This document shows positions 37,176-48,647 of a DNA stretch of 64,000 nucleotides, piece after piece (positions within the stretch are counted from its first letter, which is position 1; every line of letters begins with the position of its first letter). Source of the DNA: Basidiobolus meristosporus CBS 931.73 (taxonomy: Eukaryota; Fungi; Basidiobolomycota); the NCBI GenBank assembly GCA_002104905.1, contig MCFE01000112.1, forward strand, positions 103,008 to 167,007, written 5' to 3'. Made by a program: the position numbers and the translations under genes. The notes beneath the pieces are model-generated. The model ran no database searches, was not told the origin of the DNA, and saw only the letters and a program-made list of their open reading frames with translations.

Positions 37176-37904
37176 CACCGTACCCCAAACCGACTCTGGT
37201 GAATAGGTAGAGAATACCAAGGCGTTTGAGAGAATCATCTTGAAGGAACTTGGCTAAATACCTCTGTAACTTCAGGATAAAGAGGGGAGGGGGAACCCCT
37301 GGCACAGAATAGTAGGGAGCAACTGTTTACTTAAAACATAACACTTTGCCAAGACGTGAGTCTCAGTATAAGTCCAGTGTTAGTAAGTCGAGTTCGAAAG
37401 CTTTTTCAGGCTCCTAGGAAGAGCCTCTAGTTAACAGCGGCGGCAACTATGAGTAGCTAAATACCTTGTCCACTAATTATGGTAACTCAACTCAAACCAA
37501 TACTCCCAGGTGCAGCTAGTAGATCAAACGTTATTCCAACCATCTACGCCTATATATATCCCAATTGAGGACAATTATGATCAACCATCGTGTAGTCGTT
37601 GTTAACGAAGATATTAATGTAAGCATGTAAAACTGATACTCCTACGCTGTTATTAATAAAATACTCATCCCTTCCTCAGGCTTTTAGTGAGAAAAGAGGA
37701 GTATATGTATATGTGTTCTACTTCATCACCATCATTACAGACGGATTGTGCCTCACGGCTTATCAACCATCGTATGTGATGGTGCGGGCTAATATATATG
37801 CCCATTGTAGATGCCCATTAATCGGTGTATTATTCATTTGTCATCACGCTACTCATATTATTTCTAGTAACTTCCCTATTTCTTCATGGCTGATAGAAAG
37901 AGTA

Positions 37905-38397
37905 TATAAGCTTTATTAGACTACTTGGAGCGCAATTATCAGCACACTCTGTATTCTTCATGGGCTCCATATATTGTTCATTTCGTTCAGGACAGTCTGA
38001 GACACATTGGGTCTCAACCATGGGTGCCGAGTATCGCACATCTTGGGTGGGCTGCATAAAGACATAGGGATCCGAGGAGCCATCATCCGAGTGCTCAGCT
38101 TCCTTCTGCTTGGCGTATTCCAGTGCACTGGCTGAGCCCTCTGCTTCGGGACTGGGGTCTGCTTGTTACTTGACGTTGAAGCTTTTATCAGATTATCGTG
38201 TTTTCTGGTAACGGTGATGAATACCTGACGCAACAATGGGACTTGAACATTCTGGTAGCATCCTTCCGCATACTGTGCACATGATAACGGGCCCTTCGAT
38301 ATCTACTGGTATAAAGAGAAGAGCAGCCGATTGGGGCAGCAACCGCGAGTTGAATAGAAGCGAGGGCCAAAATCATTGCTGCTGAAGTAAAGCGCAT
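37905..38397 (-). pseudogene. Duplicate of the S1 gene (34473-35047), further degraded
   Basis: MRFTSAAMILALASIQLAVAAP signal; 37905-38160 is nearly identical to 34505-34770; has deletions, the same frameshift and an extra stop. Confidence 0.75.
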
Positions 38398-39657
38398 CTT
38401 GTCGAAGAGTTCCATTCACATGGAAAGACACTGATGAAGTAAGCTATATAATATGGTTTGGATGCTCTACACTACTAATAGATTACAAACAAGCTGTTTA
38501 GTATTGTTTATATACGTGTGCCAGTACAAGCATTATTAATATCAACCAATTTACACGTTCATTTGATTGCATTATACTTTTAAGTTGGTTATTTAGTTTC
38601 GAGTTTAGATGTTAATTAAAGCTGTCAGAATGCGCAGACCGTCCTCGCCAGGTTGTTGGAATATTCAACCGGCAAGTTCATCAATTGAATAGAACGTTTA
38701 GCCCCGAAGGACCTATCAGTTACTATTCATACTTCCCTTTACAGACGGCGCACTACATCTCATCTACAAACTTGGTATTAGTGTCTTCGCTGGGAAACAA
38801 CGACCGGGAATGTGCTATATACATAATCCTATATGTAACCCGATATATGAGCTATGAAATCCACATCCCATAATATTACTTAATAGAAATTGATGCCAAT
38901 ATATATAAGGGAAGCAATGTAATATGGTGATTATAAAATATCGATCTACGTAAGAACAGTGCCATTCCTGTGTGCACGTTGCAAACAATCCCTTGAGAAT
39001 GAGTAGTATGAGTCATTTTGTCTCCATGAAGGAGATGGCCAGTTTATATGAATATATTTTATTTCCCTATTTTGTTGCTTGTGGGTGTTGATAACCTGTA
39101 TAGTTTATTAACTGCACATATTTGTTGCTTACTACTATCAATGTTGATAAAATGCATGGAGTTGTGACAAGGGAACCAGAATGCTACTCTAACAGAAAGG
39201 CAGGCAGAAGTGGCAGTGATAGGGAAAATTGTATCAGTACCTATGAAATGATATGCAGAGAAGCTGGCATTGGTAATGCTAGCAGTGCAGCAACTGCAAT
39301 TCTGGCAAAAGGAATGACCTCCTGTTCCGTATGTATAATCTGATTCTTAAATCTGCATTCTTAGACAATGTAAAATATCTTGCATTCTTCAATTCATTTC
39401 CTCTGTATTTAATACACTATTTCTGCCAAAACTTTTGAAAAGAATCAGTTATTAAAGAAAACTCATACTCTAGTGATTGTTGGCAAGTATTCATCTACCA
39501 AAGGTGTACAGGTTTATGCAGTTACTGAAATATTGATGATTTATTGATTTAGATAATAATCAGATCAGCACCTAGCATTTCTCTGCCCAATTCAAATCAG
39601 ATAGAGTTATTGGCTCATCTATTGCATGCAGGTATGGGAAGTTAACTGCCAACAAAT

Positions 39658-39927
39658 CTCTATGAAAAGTTTCAAGCTGGGACTTTTGACTTTTACCTGA
39701 CAGTATTCTGCTAGGGTTCTGTTGGCATTCTGTTGGTATATAGTTGAGATTCAGCCAGTGAATTTCATGATGACTGATGTGACACTGGTCCTTCCATATG
39801 ATATATCCACATATCATCAAAGTGGCTGTAACTCCAAATATTGAAATTTATAACTTTAAGGAGAACTGGATTTCATAAGGTATTTGGCTGGCATTCTGCT
39901 GGCCTTCATGACACATTGTTCATAGGG
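39658..39927. mobile_element. Family-B MITE-like repeat (internally deleted, reverse)
   Basis: CTCTATGAAAAG...CTGCTGGCCTTCATG...TTCATAGGG. Confidence 0.6.
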
Positions 39928-41029
39928 AAATTGCAGATCATTTGATGTAATAGAGTGTGCTGCATGTTGCAATACTTCTGAAGAGTATCTTACAAGATAG
40001 ACATCTCAATATTTGCTGATCTGTATAAGTCCAAATGATTTCACCTAGAGTTCATAGATGTCAATGTCCAAGTTTGTAGGTCATCTATTGTACAATTGAT
40101 TGTTAAACAAGAAGTCTCTTCTTACATCTTACCAGTCTTATCCCATAGATTATTCAAGCATTCCAAGAGACTTGAAGTCATTAGATGTGCTTAGTTATTG
40201 AGTACTTTGTAATTATTTAGTTTTCATCTGAATTTTCATGCTAACTCAGTCACCTAGATCTTAGTCTATGATTAGCATTATATACTATCAAATTTCCAGT
40301 TTGCATTTCTTAGAATGGCCTGTACCCAAAAGATAGCTTTTTGATCAGCTATCTAATCCTTGCACACATGCTCAGGGAACTTCTGTAACAAGCCCTACTT
40401 TATCAAAAGCATAAATACAATACATTTGAGCAGTAAATCAACAAGTAAACAACATGTTACTCCTCTAGTACTCCTCTTATGATACAATGTTCTTCAGAAT
40501 ATTGGAATACAAAGTAGATGCTTTTGACAACTATGCATGGTGCAAGTCAATGTGTAATTGTATCACAATATGGAACAAAAAAACACAACCAACAACTGCC
40601 ATATTAGTTGTGACCTGTAATAACTGCTACTGATTGCCTGTAATATAATAACAAATATTCTCCTCCTAATTTCCAAGTATTTACTTTTCCCATCTTGGTA
40701 GAGTATACCTTGGTCTCCCAATAATACTTATCCCATTAGACCAATTGTGCCAACATGTGTTTTCTGTATTGCTAACCAGTAATGTCCAAACATAATACAT
40801 TCATATATAATCACTAACATCTCTTTACTATATCTTACATGTTTAGCAAACAGATACCCAACACTTCCAGAATACATATATGCTATCCTGCAGAGGGCCT
40901 ACTGAGCAGGCTCAATTGTAAAAAAAAGCTTAATTGCTCAATGCAATGTCAAAATCTCATGCTACATACAAGTAGTTAGTAGTATTTTGTGACTAAAGCA
41001 GCATGAATGGCCTGACATTGTATAAAGAC

Positions 41030-41348
41030 CTGTATAAGGAATATTTGATGAAGGCCAGCAGAATCCCAGCAAAGTACCATATAATATTCAAGTTTCCTAA
41101 AAGTTACAACTTTCAATATTTGGAGTTACAGCTACCTTGAGGACATGTGGATAGCTTATATGGAAGGACTAGTCTCACATCAGCCTTCATACCAACTCAC
41201 GTGGTAACCAGATTGCTGTTCCCTGAGTTCAATACATTTGACAAGTTCAATTAAATTCACTGGCTGAATACTGGCTAGATATCAGCAGAATATCTGCTAA
41301 ATACCATTAAGTAATAGTAAAAAGTCCAAGTTTGAAATTTTTCATAGG
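41030..41348. mobile_element. Family-B MITE-like repeat
   Basis: ATATTTGATGAAGGCCAGCAG...AAATTTTTCATAGGG. Confidence 0.65.
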
Positions 41349-41962
41349 GGCAATACAAGCGCATCCATATCATGTGGGACCCAATACTATTTGGATTGAT
41401 TTGACCAGATTATTGAAATGAAGTAGGATTGTTACTGTGAAAATAAATGGCAATTTTGTAAATGAAAATGTTTTAAGCAGTAAATTGAAGTACCACAAGT
41501 TATTAATGATCTAGCTAGGGCACCAAATATATGGGATAACAAAACAGGCATTTCCATACTTCCAATACTGTTGCATAACAAGAATATCCTTTCAGCTGTG
41601 AGCAATATTTAAATTTGTTTTGTGGTGCTGTAAATCATAATTTAATCACCTTAAAGGCCATTTCCACAACAAACCAGCACCGTGTACCAGGCAAGTATTC
41701 AAAAAGATATCTTTTCCAGCGTAAACACTGAGATCAGTCAGCCGTTAAATAGCACTTTAGAGGAATTACTTTGTTATTTAGAGTGGCATAGGTATGCTGC
41801 TAGAAGTGGCACTTTACTGATATCTGGTTGACATTCTCTTTCATTCCAGAAGGGTATTTTCTGTACCTCCAGCAACCACTCAATTTCATTTTTGTGGAGA
41901 ACTGTGATATTGCATGCAGGTTGGCTTGATTTTTCGGACAGCTAATTAGTAACTATTATCTA

Positions 41963-42178
41963 CCCTGGGAAAGAAATTGATGTAGGCCTATAGAAGGCCA
42001 GCAAAATACCATATGAAATCGAAATCTTCTTAAAGTCATAACTGCCCATGTTTAGAGCAACAGATATTTTGAGGATATGTGGATGCATCATCTGACAGGA
42101 CTAGTGTCACATTGGCCCTCATAACAACTTAGGAAGCAACCAGATCACTGTTCCCTGCGTTATGTTAACACTCATCAA
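41963..42178. mobile_element. Family-B MITE-like repeat, truncated
   Basis: GAAGGCCAGCA..CATATGAAATC...GGATATGTGGAT...GCAACCAGATCACTGTTCCCTG matches the 41030 copy. Confidence 0.55.
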
Positions 42179-42716
42179 TTTGTGTTTTAGCTAGCTAAAT
42201 TCTTGCAAAGTCAATCAGCTTGTAAATATCACTGCTTAGCAATGGCTCAGTTGTATGTAGTGGAAGAGGTGCGATGCTAGAAGAAGCATTGGTTTTACAG
42301 CTAGTACATGATGTGTTTCTTTCAGGATAGAAATTTGCTGTTCCATTGGTAACAAATGAATGAAATCATTTTCGCATTGCACAGTTATGTTACATGTAGG
42401 TTTGCTTGCACTAGACATAAACCATAGGATGCCTTTCAGGTACCCACCTACTATATACTCTCTAGATAGAGTGATTACTACTTTGTAGCAAGATAGATGC
42501 AGCACTCATTGCCACCACTGAGAAGTAAGATGAATCATTTCCAACTAATAGTCCATCAACAACGATGGGTAATAAGTTCTTATACCGCTACGGGTGTTGG
42601 TTATATTCGTTCAATTGCACACTACACCTCACTGATCCGGGAAACAAATCCCGGGAATATACCGTATTCCTCATCTTGTTCCCGAGAAGCACAAACGCTC
42701 TATCCATTTGATTAAG

Positions 42717-42886
42717 TGACCCAAGGACAGTAGGTATTGGCAGAGAACGATGACCCAAGGACAGTAGGTATTGGCAGAGAACGATGACCCAAGGACAGTA
42801 GGTATTGGCAGAGAACGATGACACAAGGACAGTAGGTATTGGCAGAGAACGATGACCCAAGGACAGTAGGTATTGGCAGAGAACGA
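42717..42886. repeat. Minisatellite, 5 x 34 bp
   Basis: TGACCCAAGGACAGTAGGTATTGGCAGAGAACGA five times head to tail, with one substitution in copy 4. Confidence 0.95.
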
Positions 42887-43396
42887 AGAAATGCCCTAAA
42901 TTAGCAATGTATAATTGCAATACCATGAATTTTGGCTGATGGCCGAAATTCTCCCTTATATTCTCATTTTTCCAACAAATGCCAGATGGGTAGAGTGGCT
43001 TCTATCTGTAACCTAAGCTTCTGGAGAACTGAGTGAATGGCGACTGAAATTGCTTGACTTCGCCCAACTTACACTTTTCTTGATTCATAGCATCAGTCCT
43101 TAAGGATTCATTCGAATTTTACTAAATAGAAGGTTGCAGGTAGAGGTACTGGGATGTATAATGATAAAGGGGAAATGTGTAACAATGGAGCTAGAGGTGA
43201 AGCAGGAAGCGGTGGTGACGATTGTAACGTAAATAATAAATCGATTTGTGTATCTCTTGCGCATTTAACCCTCATTCTCAGTTCTTACTATTTGGGAATG
43301 TTGCTAAACTGACTTGATTGCTCTCCAATAAATATTCTTCCTTTATTGAATAACTATATGTAGATCTGCCTTTCGTCACTATATTCTCAATACTGC

Positions 43397-43760
43397 TTAG
43401 AAAAGTGCACAATAGTTCTTAGCACAGCTGGTATTATCGAAAACACAGTCTGAATCCTTGGTGCATGTCTGATGGTCCGCACCGCTGTAGAGACGCTAGA
43501 GTGTTAGTAGGAGTGTGTAAATCATGATACTTAGATATTGTTGATGGAACACCACTCTGGTGCACTTTGTGGGGGCGCGACATATCCAATACCAAAGGAA
43601 GTGATTCCTACGCCGCCATGACACTTGTAAGCTTGTCAATTACTTACTCTCTATAGCAAGTGTATACATAAACCTACTCTTCTCCAGCAGTATCCATTGT
43701 TGCCTTTAGGTCGCTTTACTAAATTGGCAAGATTAGCCCAGTTAGCAATGAGATGAGGCT
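43397..43760 (-). pseudogene. Possible small cysteine-rich secreted protein gene, degenerate and spliced
   Basis: Minus-strand pieces YKLGSLISLLTGLILP / YKCHGGVGITSFGIGYVAPPQSAPEWCSINNI* / RLYSGADHQTCTKDSDCVFDNTSCAKNYCALF*, separated by GT..CTAAC..AG intron-like segments. The frame is not fully reconstructable. Confidence 0.35.
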
Positions 43761-44041
43761 GCCCAGCTTGTACGCACAAACGCACTTAATTTGCAATATC
43801 TGTTTCAGCAGTCTAGTGCATGCAACCGACTGCTTACTATATTACAAAGAAAAGTCACATCACAATTAAGTTGCATAGTGGAAGGTGAATACGAGTAAAG
43901 GTATTTCTCTGATTATATATTCGACATAGCTACATGCTAAGAGACTGAACTGTGTGAGGGAATCATTCGGATAATTGTTTTGATACGTGTTCAAGATTTA
44001 CTTCAATTCCATATAGATATATTTTAGCATTTAGCTACGTC

Positions 44042-45055
44042 TCAGCTGTAGATTAAATCCAATGGAGATTTGCCAGTTACAGGCCCGACATACTTCTCCA
44101 TAAATGCAATGTCTTTCTCCACTTGGCCCCGATCTAGCATATAATCCCGGAAGCCCAGAAGATCGGTGTTCTTGCTTTTCCAGATTGGCTTCAGTCCTGC
44201 TGGTGGCGGAATATCCGTTGTTGGAGACCAAGTGTCCGACATGAGATTTTTCTGGACGTCATACGAGGTTGACCAGCTGACATAGAGCTTGGCGCCTGCT
44301 GGATGCTTCGCTTTTTTGAAGATGGCCCCTGCTTGCGCCCAAGATTGGAAAAAGGTCTTCTTAGGAACGATAGTGGTGCTTTTGGCTCCTTTGATTGGAG
44401 TGAATGCGCCACTGGTTGTAAAGCTGGCCAAGGAGGTTCCATTGTTGATATAGAATGCTGGAGCTCCCGCTCCACGTACTAGAAGGGGCTTTTGCGCAAG
44501 GAACGCCTTGAACCACTTGAGACCATTTTGCTTAATCAGCTGCATGAATTGATAAAGAACCGCGTCATCATCATGGGGATAGGTATAGATGATTTTGCCC
44601 CATTTGAGCTTAGTCCTTGGCTTCAATTGGCCGTTGGTTACCATGAATGGTGTTGCTGATTAATGTCTTTGTAGGGAGCATAGGTGTGCTTAAAGCCAGC
44701 TGACTTATACCTACGATTAGGTTAGAATTCTTCATCATCAGTTTATGGGAAATCGAATTCTTACTTTGGCAATGCTCCTTGGGACTTCCAGCGTGGAAAG
44801 TCATGCAAGGTTTGAAGATGAATGACATCTGGCTCCAAGGCGTCTCCACCTCTAGCCAATTGCGTATCAATCAATTGGTTATGATACTTGCTAAAGTCGG
44901 TGGTGAGATTGAGCATGGAACTTGCTTTCTAACGCCCCGACAATATCGGAGCCAGCATTAGGTAAATCTCCTCCAGAAAAGACGGCAATCTTTCCTCCTT
45001 CAGCAAGCGCCTCTTTATAGAGTCTTTGAAGCCCAGCTTCCTCTCTCTTCAGATA
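44042..45055 (-). pseudogene. Bacterial-type extracellular solute-binding protein (periplasmic binding protein type II, 'ABC Fe3+/polyamine SBP'-like), frameshifted
   Basis: LYKEALAEGGKIAVFSGGD; DFSKYHNQLIDTQL; PDVIHLQTLHDFPRWKSQGAL-PK|YKSAGF across a 54-nt GTAAG..CTAAC..TAG intron (44711-44764); KIIYTYPHDDDAVLY. Frameshifts at ~44915 and ~44650. Confidence 0.8.
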
Positions 45056-45890
45056 CTCTGTCAATACCTACACTGCATGTTTAATTGGGTAATAAATACC
45101 TGTGTAAACAGCAACAACATTTTGCACCAGTGCATCTATAAAAGTCACCTTGTAGCTCAGGAAAAACATATTCAACCATGCAACACTTCAACAAGTCTTT
45201 AACTGTTTGTACGTATACTACAACCTGAATCACTTGAGATCAGTACCAATCCTAATGAAATTGAAGCCTCTTGGCCACAGAGTGGATCCATGTTCAGGTC
45301 TATGATTGGACATGGAAATTACTTGGCAGGGAATATTGTTGAACATTCTGCTAGCCAGCCCTTTATAGAATTCCGCTTGGCCAAGGCCACTTTTACTTGC
45401 CACGGGCGTATGTTTCACGCAATTATAAGGCCAAAGATGTTGTGCAACACTATTCAGATCAATCCAACTCACATTACTAATCAACATGATACGCGCAAAG
45501 GTGCGCAATCTCATCTTCAGTTGGTGTCAGTAGATGACTATACGCAGTTCCATTGCAATATCAATGATATGCATAGGAAAGTTGCACAGCTCATAGAGCA
45601 AGCCAAACTAGCGTTACAGGAGCCATGAGGTATGAGTAGCGCAGAGAAGATAGTTTCAAGATTCACTAAAATTATGGATACCAGGCCGCGGATTTGATGA
45701 ACTCCAATCCACCCTGTTTACCATGTTGACCACCAATTGTACCACACCACACTTGCCTCTGTTGCAGGCGGCAAGCATGACCACTTTATTTCCAAATGCA
45801 GGCGGATGGTTGGAAACATTTCAACATGAGCAACAAGGAAGCTTGAACAATCCAAGAGGCACTATGTCCAATGGCTAGGTCTTCTTACGG

Positions 45891-47005
45891 CTATGCCAGC
45901 TGCAACGCCTCGGCAACTCCGGGAATTACCGCTATTTCCTGAATAGTTGGTCTTTGCAATGGCTGCCGAAAGTTTAGATATAAGACAGGATGTCAAGTTG
46001 GTTGCCTTAACAAACCTCGAGGTCAAGCATGCTGCGAAGTAGACGTAGCATAGATTGCGGGTAGATGGGAGGAATCTCTGGAGGAGGCTGCAGCTTCATT
46101 GGATTGAGTAGCTCCTCCTGGTTGCTGGCATGGAACAGGGGCTTTAGCCAGCAGAGCTCGTACAATAGCAGCCCCAAAGCCCATACATCCACCTTACTTG
46201 AATAGGGCTGATTTCGAAACATCTCCTGTATAAGTAGCAGACTTAGAAGAGTATGCATATTGAGCGCAAGTAGATACCCACTGGCGCCATGTAAAGTGGT
46301 GTCTAAGAACGTCGGGTTAGCCTGAATCAGTGACCATGATTCCACGAACTTGGTCCAACAAATGAATATGCAACAGATCGTTGGACAAGGCTCCGGTACA
46401 AGCCAAATTCGCCGCTTAAAACCATTCTCTGCAGTGATGAAAACTGCGCAGAATTAGTCATTGTCGTATCATATCAATGATCACCTGCCGTACCATTTTC
46501 TGGCTTGATGGAAAACCATTGGCGACTGCAAATGGCACCAGTGCACGGCATTGACCACCTGGGCAAAAATTGCCCACACTTTTTCTGGCCGCACTTGACA
46601 GCTTTTGTTACCACAGCAACGTTAGTGCACCTTTCTTGGCATCATGGCAAGAGCTCTGTTACCTATTCTCTTGGAATTCTTTGACGAAAAAGGCCAGATC
46701 CCGGTGCCCACAATATTCCATGACAATGTAGAGCATAGCATACTCCTCAATGTACACAAGGTTTGGGTGCTTCACTCCACGCAACAGCCTTGCCTCATTG
46801 AGGAAATACTGCAGCTTGGTGTGCTCGTTGGATTTCACCGTAATAAGCTTGACTGCGAAGATCTATAATGGCATGCTCCAGTTGAGAAAAGCCATGTTTC
46901 TACTGGCCATACCTTTTGGTCCGAGTTGCGGCGGGCTGCCCACACCACGCCAAAGCTCCCCATGCCCAGGATGTGTAGAAATGGATGCCGAGACTCCACA
47001 GTCAT
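45891..47005 (-). pseudogene. NIMA/NEK-like Ser/Thr kinase pseudogene (7 exons)
   Basis: GMGSFGVV; AVK; NEARLL..VKHPNLV; LYIVMEYC; VWAIFAQVVNAVHWCH; IKPEN after an apparent 8-bp loss of HRD; EFG for DFG; VG|TPLYMAP|EMF (21-bp micro-exon 46282-46302, upstream donor mutated to CC); DVWALG; RPTIQEI. Confidence 0.85.
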
Positions 47006-47219
47006 TTGACTGGAAGCCCTCTATGGCCAACTCTGATATAAATCTCGTAAACAAAGATTGATTGTTGCAGTAGCATGACTCTTTCAATATATGGCTAACC
47101 AATTGCTAAACAAGCTTGAATACAATGATCTCCAATTAAGTAAACCCGGTTGTGTGCAGGAATCTAAATGGAAATACCATGGTTATACAATCCAATCCAG
47201 TATTTGCATGCTTGCTTGA

Positions 47220-47345
47220 GTTCATAGAAAGGCCATAATTACTCTCACGCCATCCCAAATTAGCATTCGTTCATAGAAAGGCCATAATTACTCTCACGCC
47301 ATCCCAAATTAGCATTCGTTCATAGAAAGGCCATAATTACTCTCA
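47220..47345. repeat. Tandem repeat, ~2.6 x 49 bp
   Basis: GTTCATAGAAAGGCCATAATTACTCTCACGCCATCCCAAATTAGCATTC repeated. Confidence 0.9.
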
Positions 47346-47756
47346 TTCGTTCATAATGCAGTTCATTGGAATTGGGTTGTGGCGTAAGAGCAGTTGGCAG
47401 TCACGAATTATCCCGGATCCACTTTTAGTATATAAAAGCTGGTGCTGAGCTTGATTTGAGCGTTCAACAGCCACGATGCATAGACAATTCACCCAAACCT
47501 AATGGCTATAACGTACTTGAGATTTCATGCGGTCTATTGTCGGAGACTCAGGCGGTGGGTGTGGCTGGGATTGAATAAACAATGAATCTGTAGCCTCACC
47601 CTTGGTTTATTAATCGGAATGATGATTCGAATCTTTTATTCTCACTAACATCGCAAACAGAGGGAGTAGAGACAACAGCGTTACTGTACATTGTAGCTAT
47701 ATTGTTACTCATTCTTCCAAAGTTGGGTATTCCATAACATGGCGTTGACTTGAATA

Positions 47757-48647
47757 TTACGAACAATGATCAAATTCTAACTCAAGTTGAAGTGTACGAG
47801 AGACTTGGCAGTACTCAAAAGTCGTTACCGCCTCAAACTGTTCATACCAGTTGTCATATTTGGCACTCTTCACCTGCATCAGTAGCTTGATAAAATCAAC
47901 CAATCTCAGGCCCTGAGTACTAGAGTGGGTGCATGCTCTGGCGGTGAAGAATGATGGCAGCCGAAATATACGCTCTAGCATACAATCATGGCCACCAACA
48001 CTTAAGTTGAAAACTGTTGAGCTATCCAGACTCAATCCGGTCACTAAAGACAGCTCTTGTACCCGACAGCGGCTGTCACAGTTGAACCCATTGCGATTTA
48101 TAGCAGATGCATTCCGAATAATCCCCTCCGGGTATAGCCACGTGTATTGATGGCCAACGTTTCCTTCCATCAAGTGCCGAATGTCCACAAACAGCTGGCA
48201 CCGCGTGGCTGGAGCATGCTTATATAAGGCCCAGCTTTCACACCACTCCTGCTTGAACTGGCTGGCGGCAAATGAGGTAGCTACAGGGGTGCAGTGGAAA
48301 AAAAGCAACCGGTTAAGATGCTTGAGAAAATGAGCATCTTGCAAGTTCCGCGTAGGGCCATAGTTGCTGCATCTGCAAATCAGGTCTCTGGCTGGGCGTT
48401 CTAGGTGGCAGCTCTCATATACATGGCAAACGGATTTGGCACAAGCATACAGAGTGTTGATCAAAGCACTGAGCACCCTGGTATTTAATGGTAGCCGGTA
48501 TAGCCATGGTAGTGCCACCTGCCGCCAGTGGTGAGAAACACAGCTTAGATTCAGCAGGGCCTGATGTTCACCTTGTGCTGCCAAATCTTTGCACAGAATT
48601 GGGCCAATGGTGACTGCAAAAATATTGTTATTGTGAATGTTCATCAT
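47757..48647 (-). CDS. F-box-like hypothetical protein, 296 aa
   Basis: Intact ORF; N-terminal ILCKDL...ALLNLSCVSHHWRQVALPWLY resembles an F-box C-terminal half. A degenerate paralogue lies at 58500-59560. Confidence 0.6.
   Translation of the reverse strand: MMNIHNNNIFAVTIGPILCKDLAAQGEHQALLNLSCVSHHWRQVALPWLYRLPLNTRVLSALINTLYACAKSVCHVYESCHLERPARDLICRCSNYGPTRNLQDAHFLKHLNRLLFFHCTPVATSFAASQFKQEWCESWALYKHAPATRCQLFVDIRHLMEGNVGHQYTWLYPEGIIRNASAINRNGFNCDSRCRVQELSLVTGLSLDSSTVFNLSVGGHDCMLERIFRLPSFFTARACTHSSTQGLRLVDFIKLLMQVKSAKYDNWYEQFEAVTTFEYCQVSRTLQLELEFDHCS

Noticed and set aside
42717-42886. CRISPR-like array
   Set aside because: The repeats are head to tail without spacers, the context is eukaryotic, and there are no cas genes.
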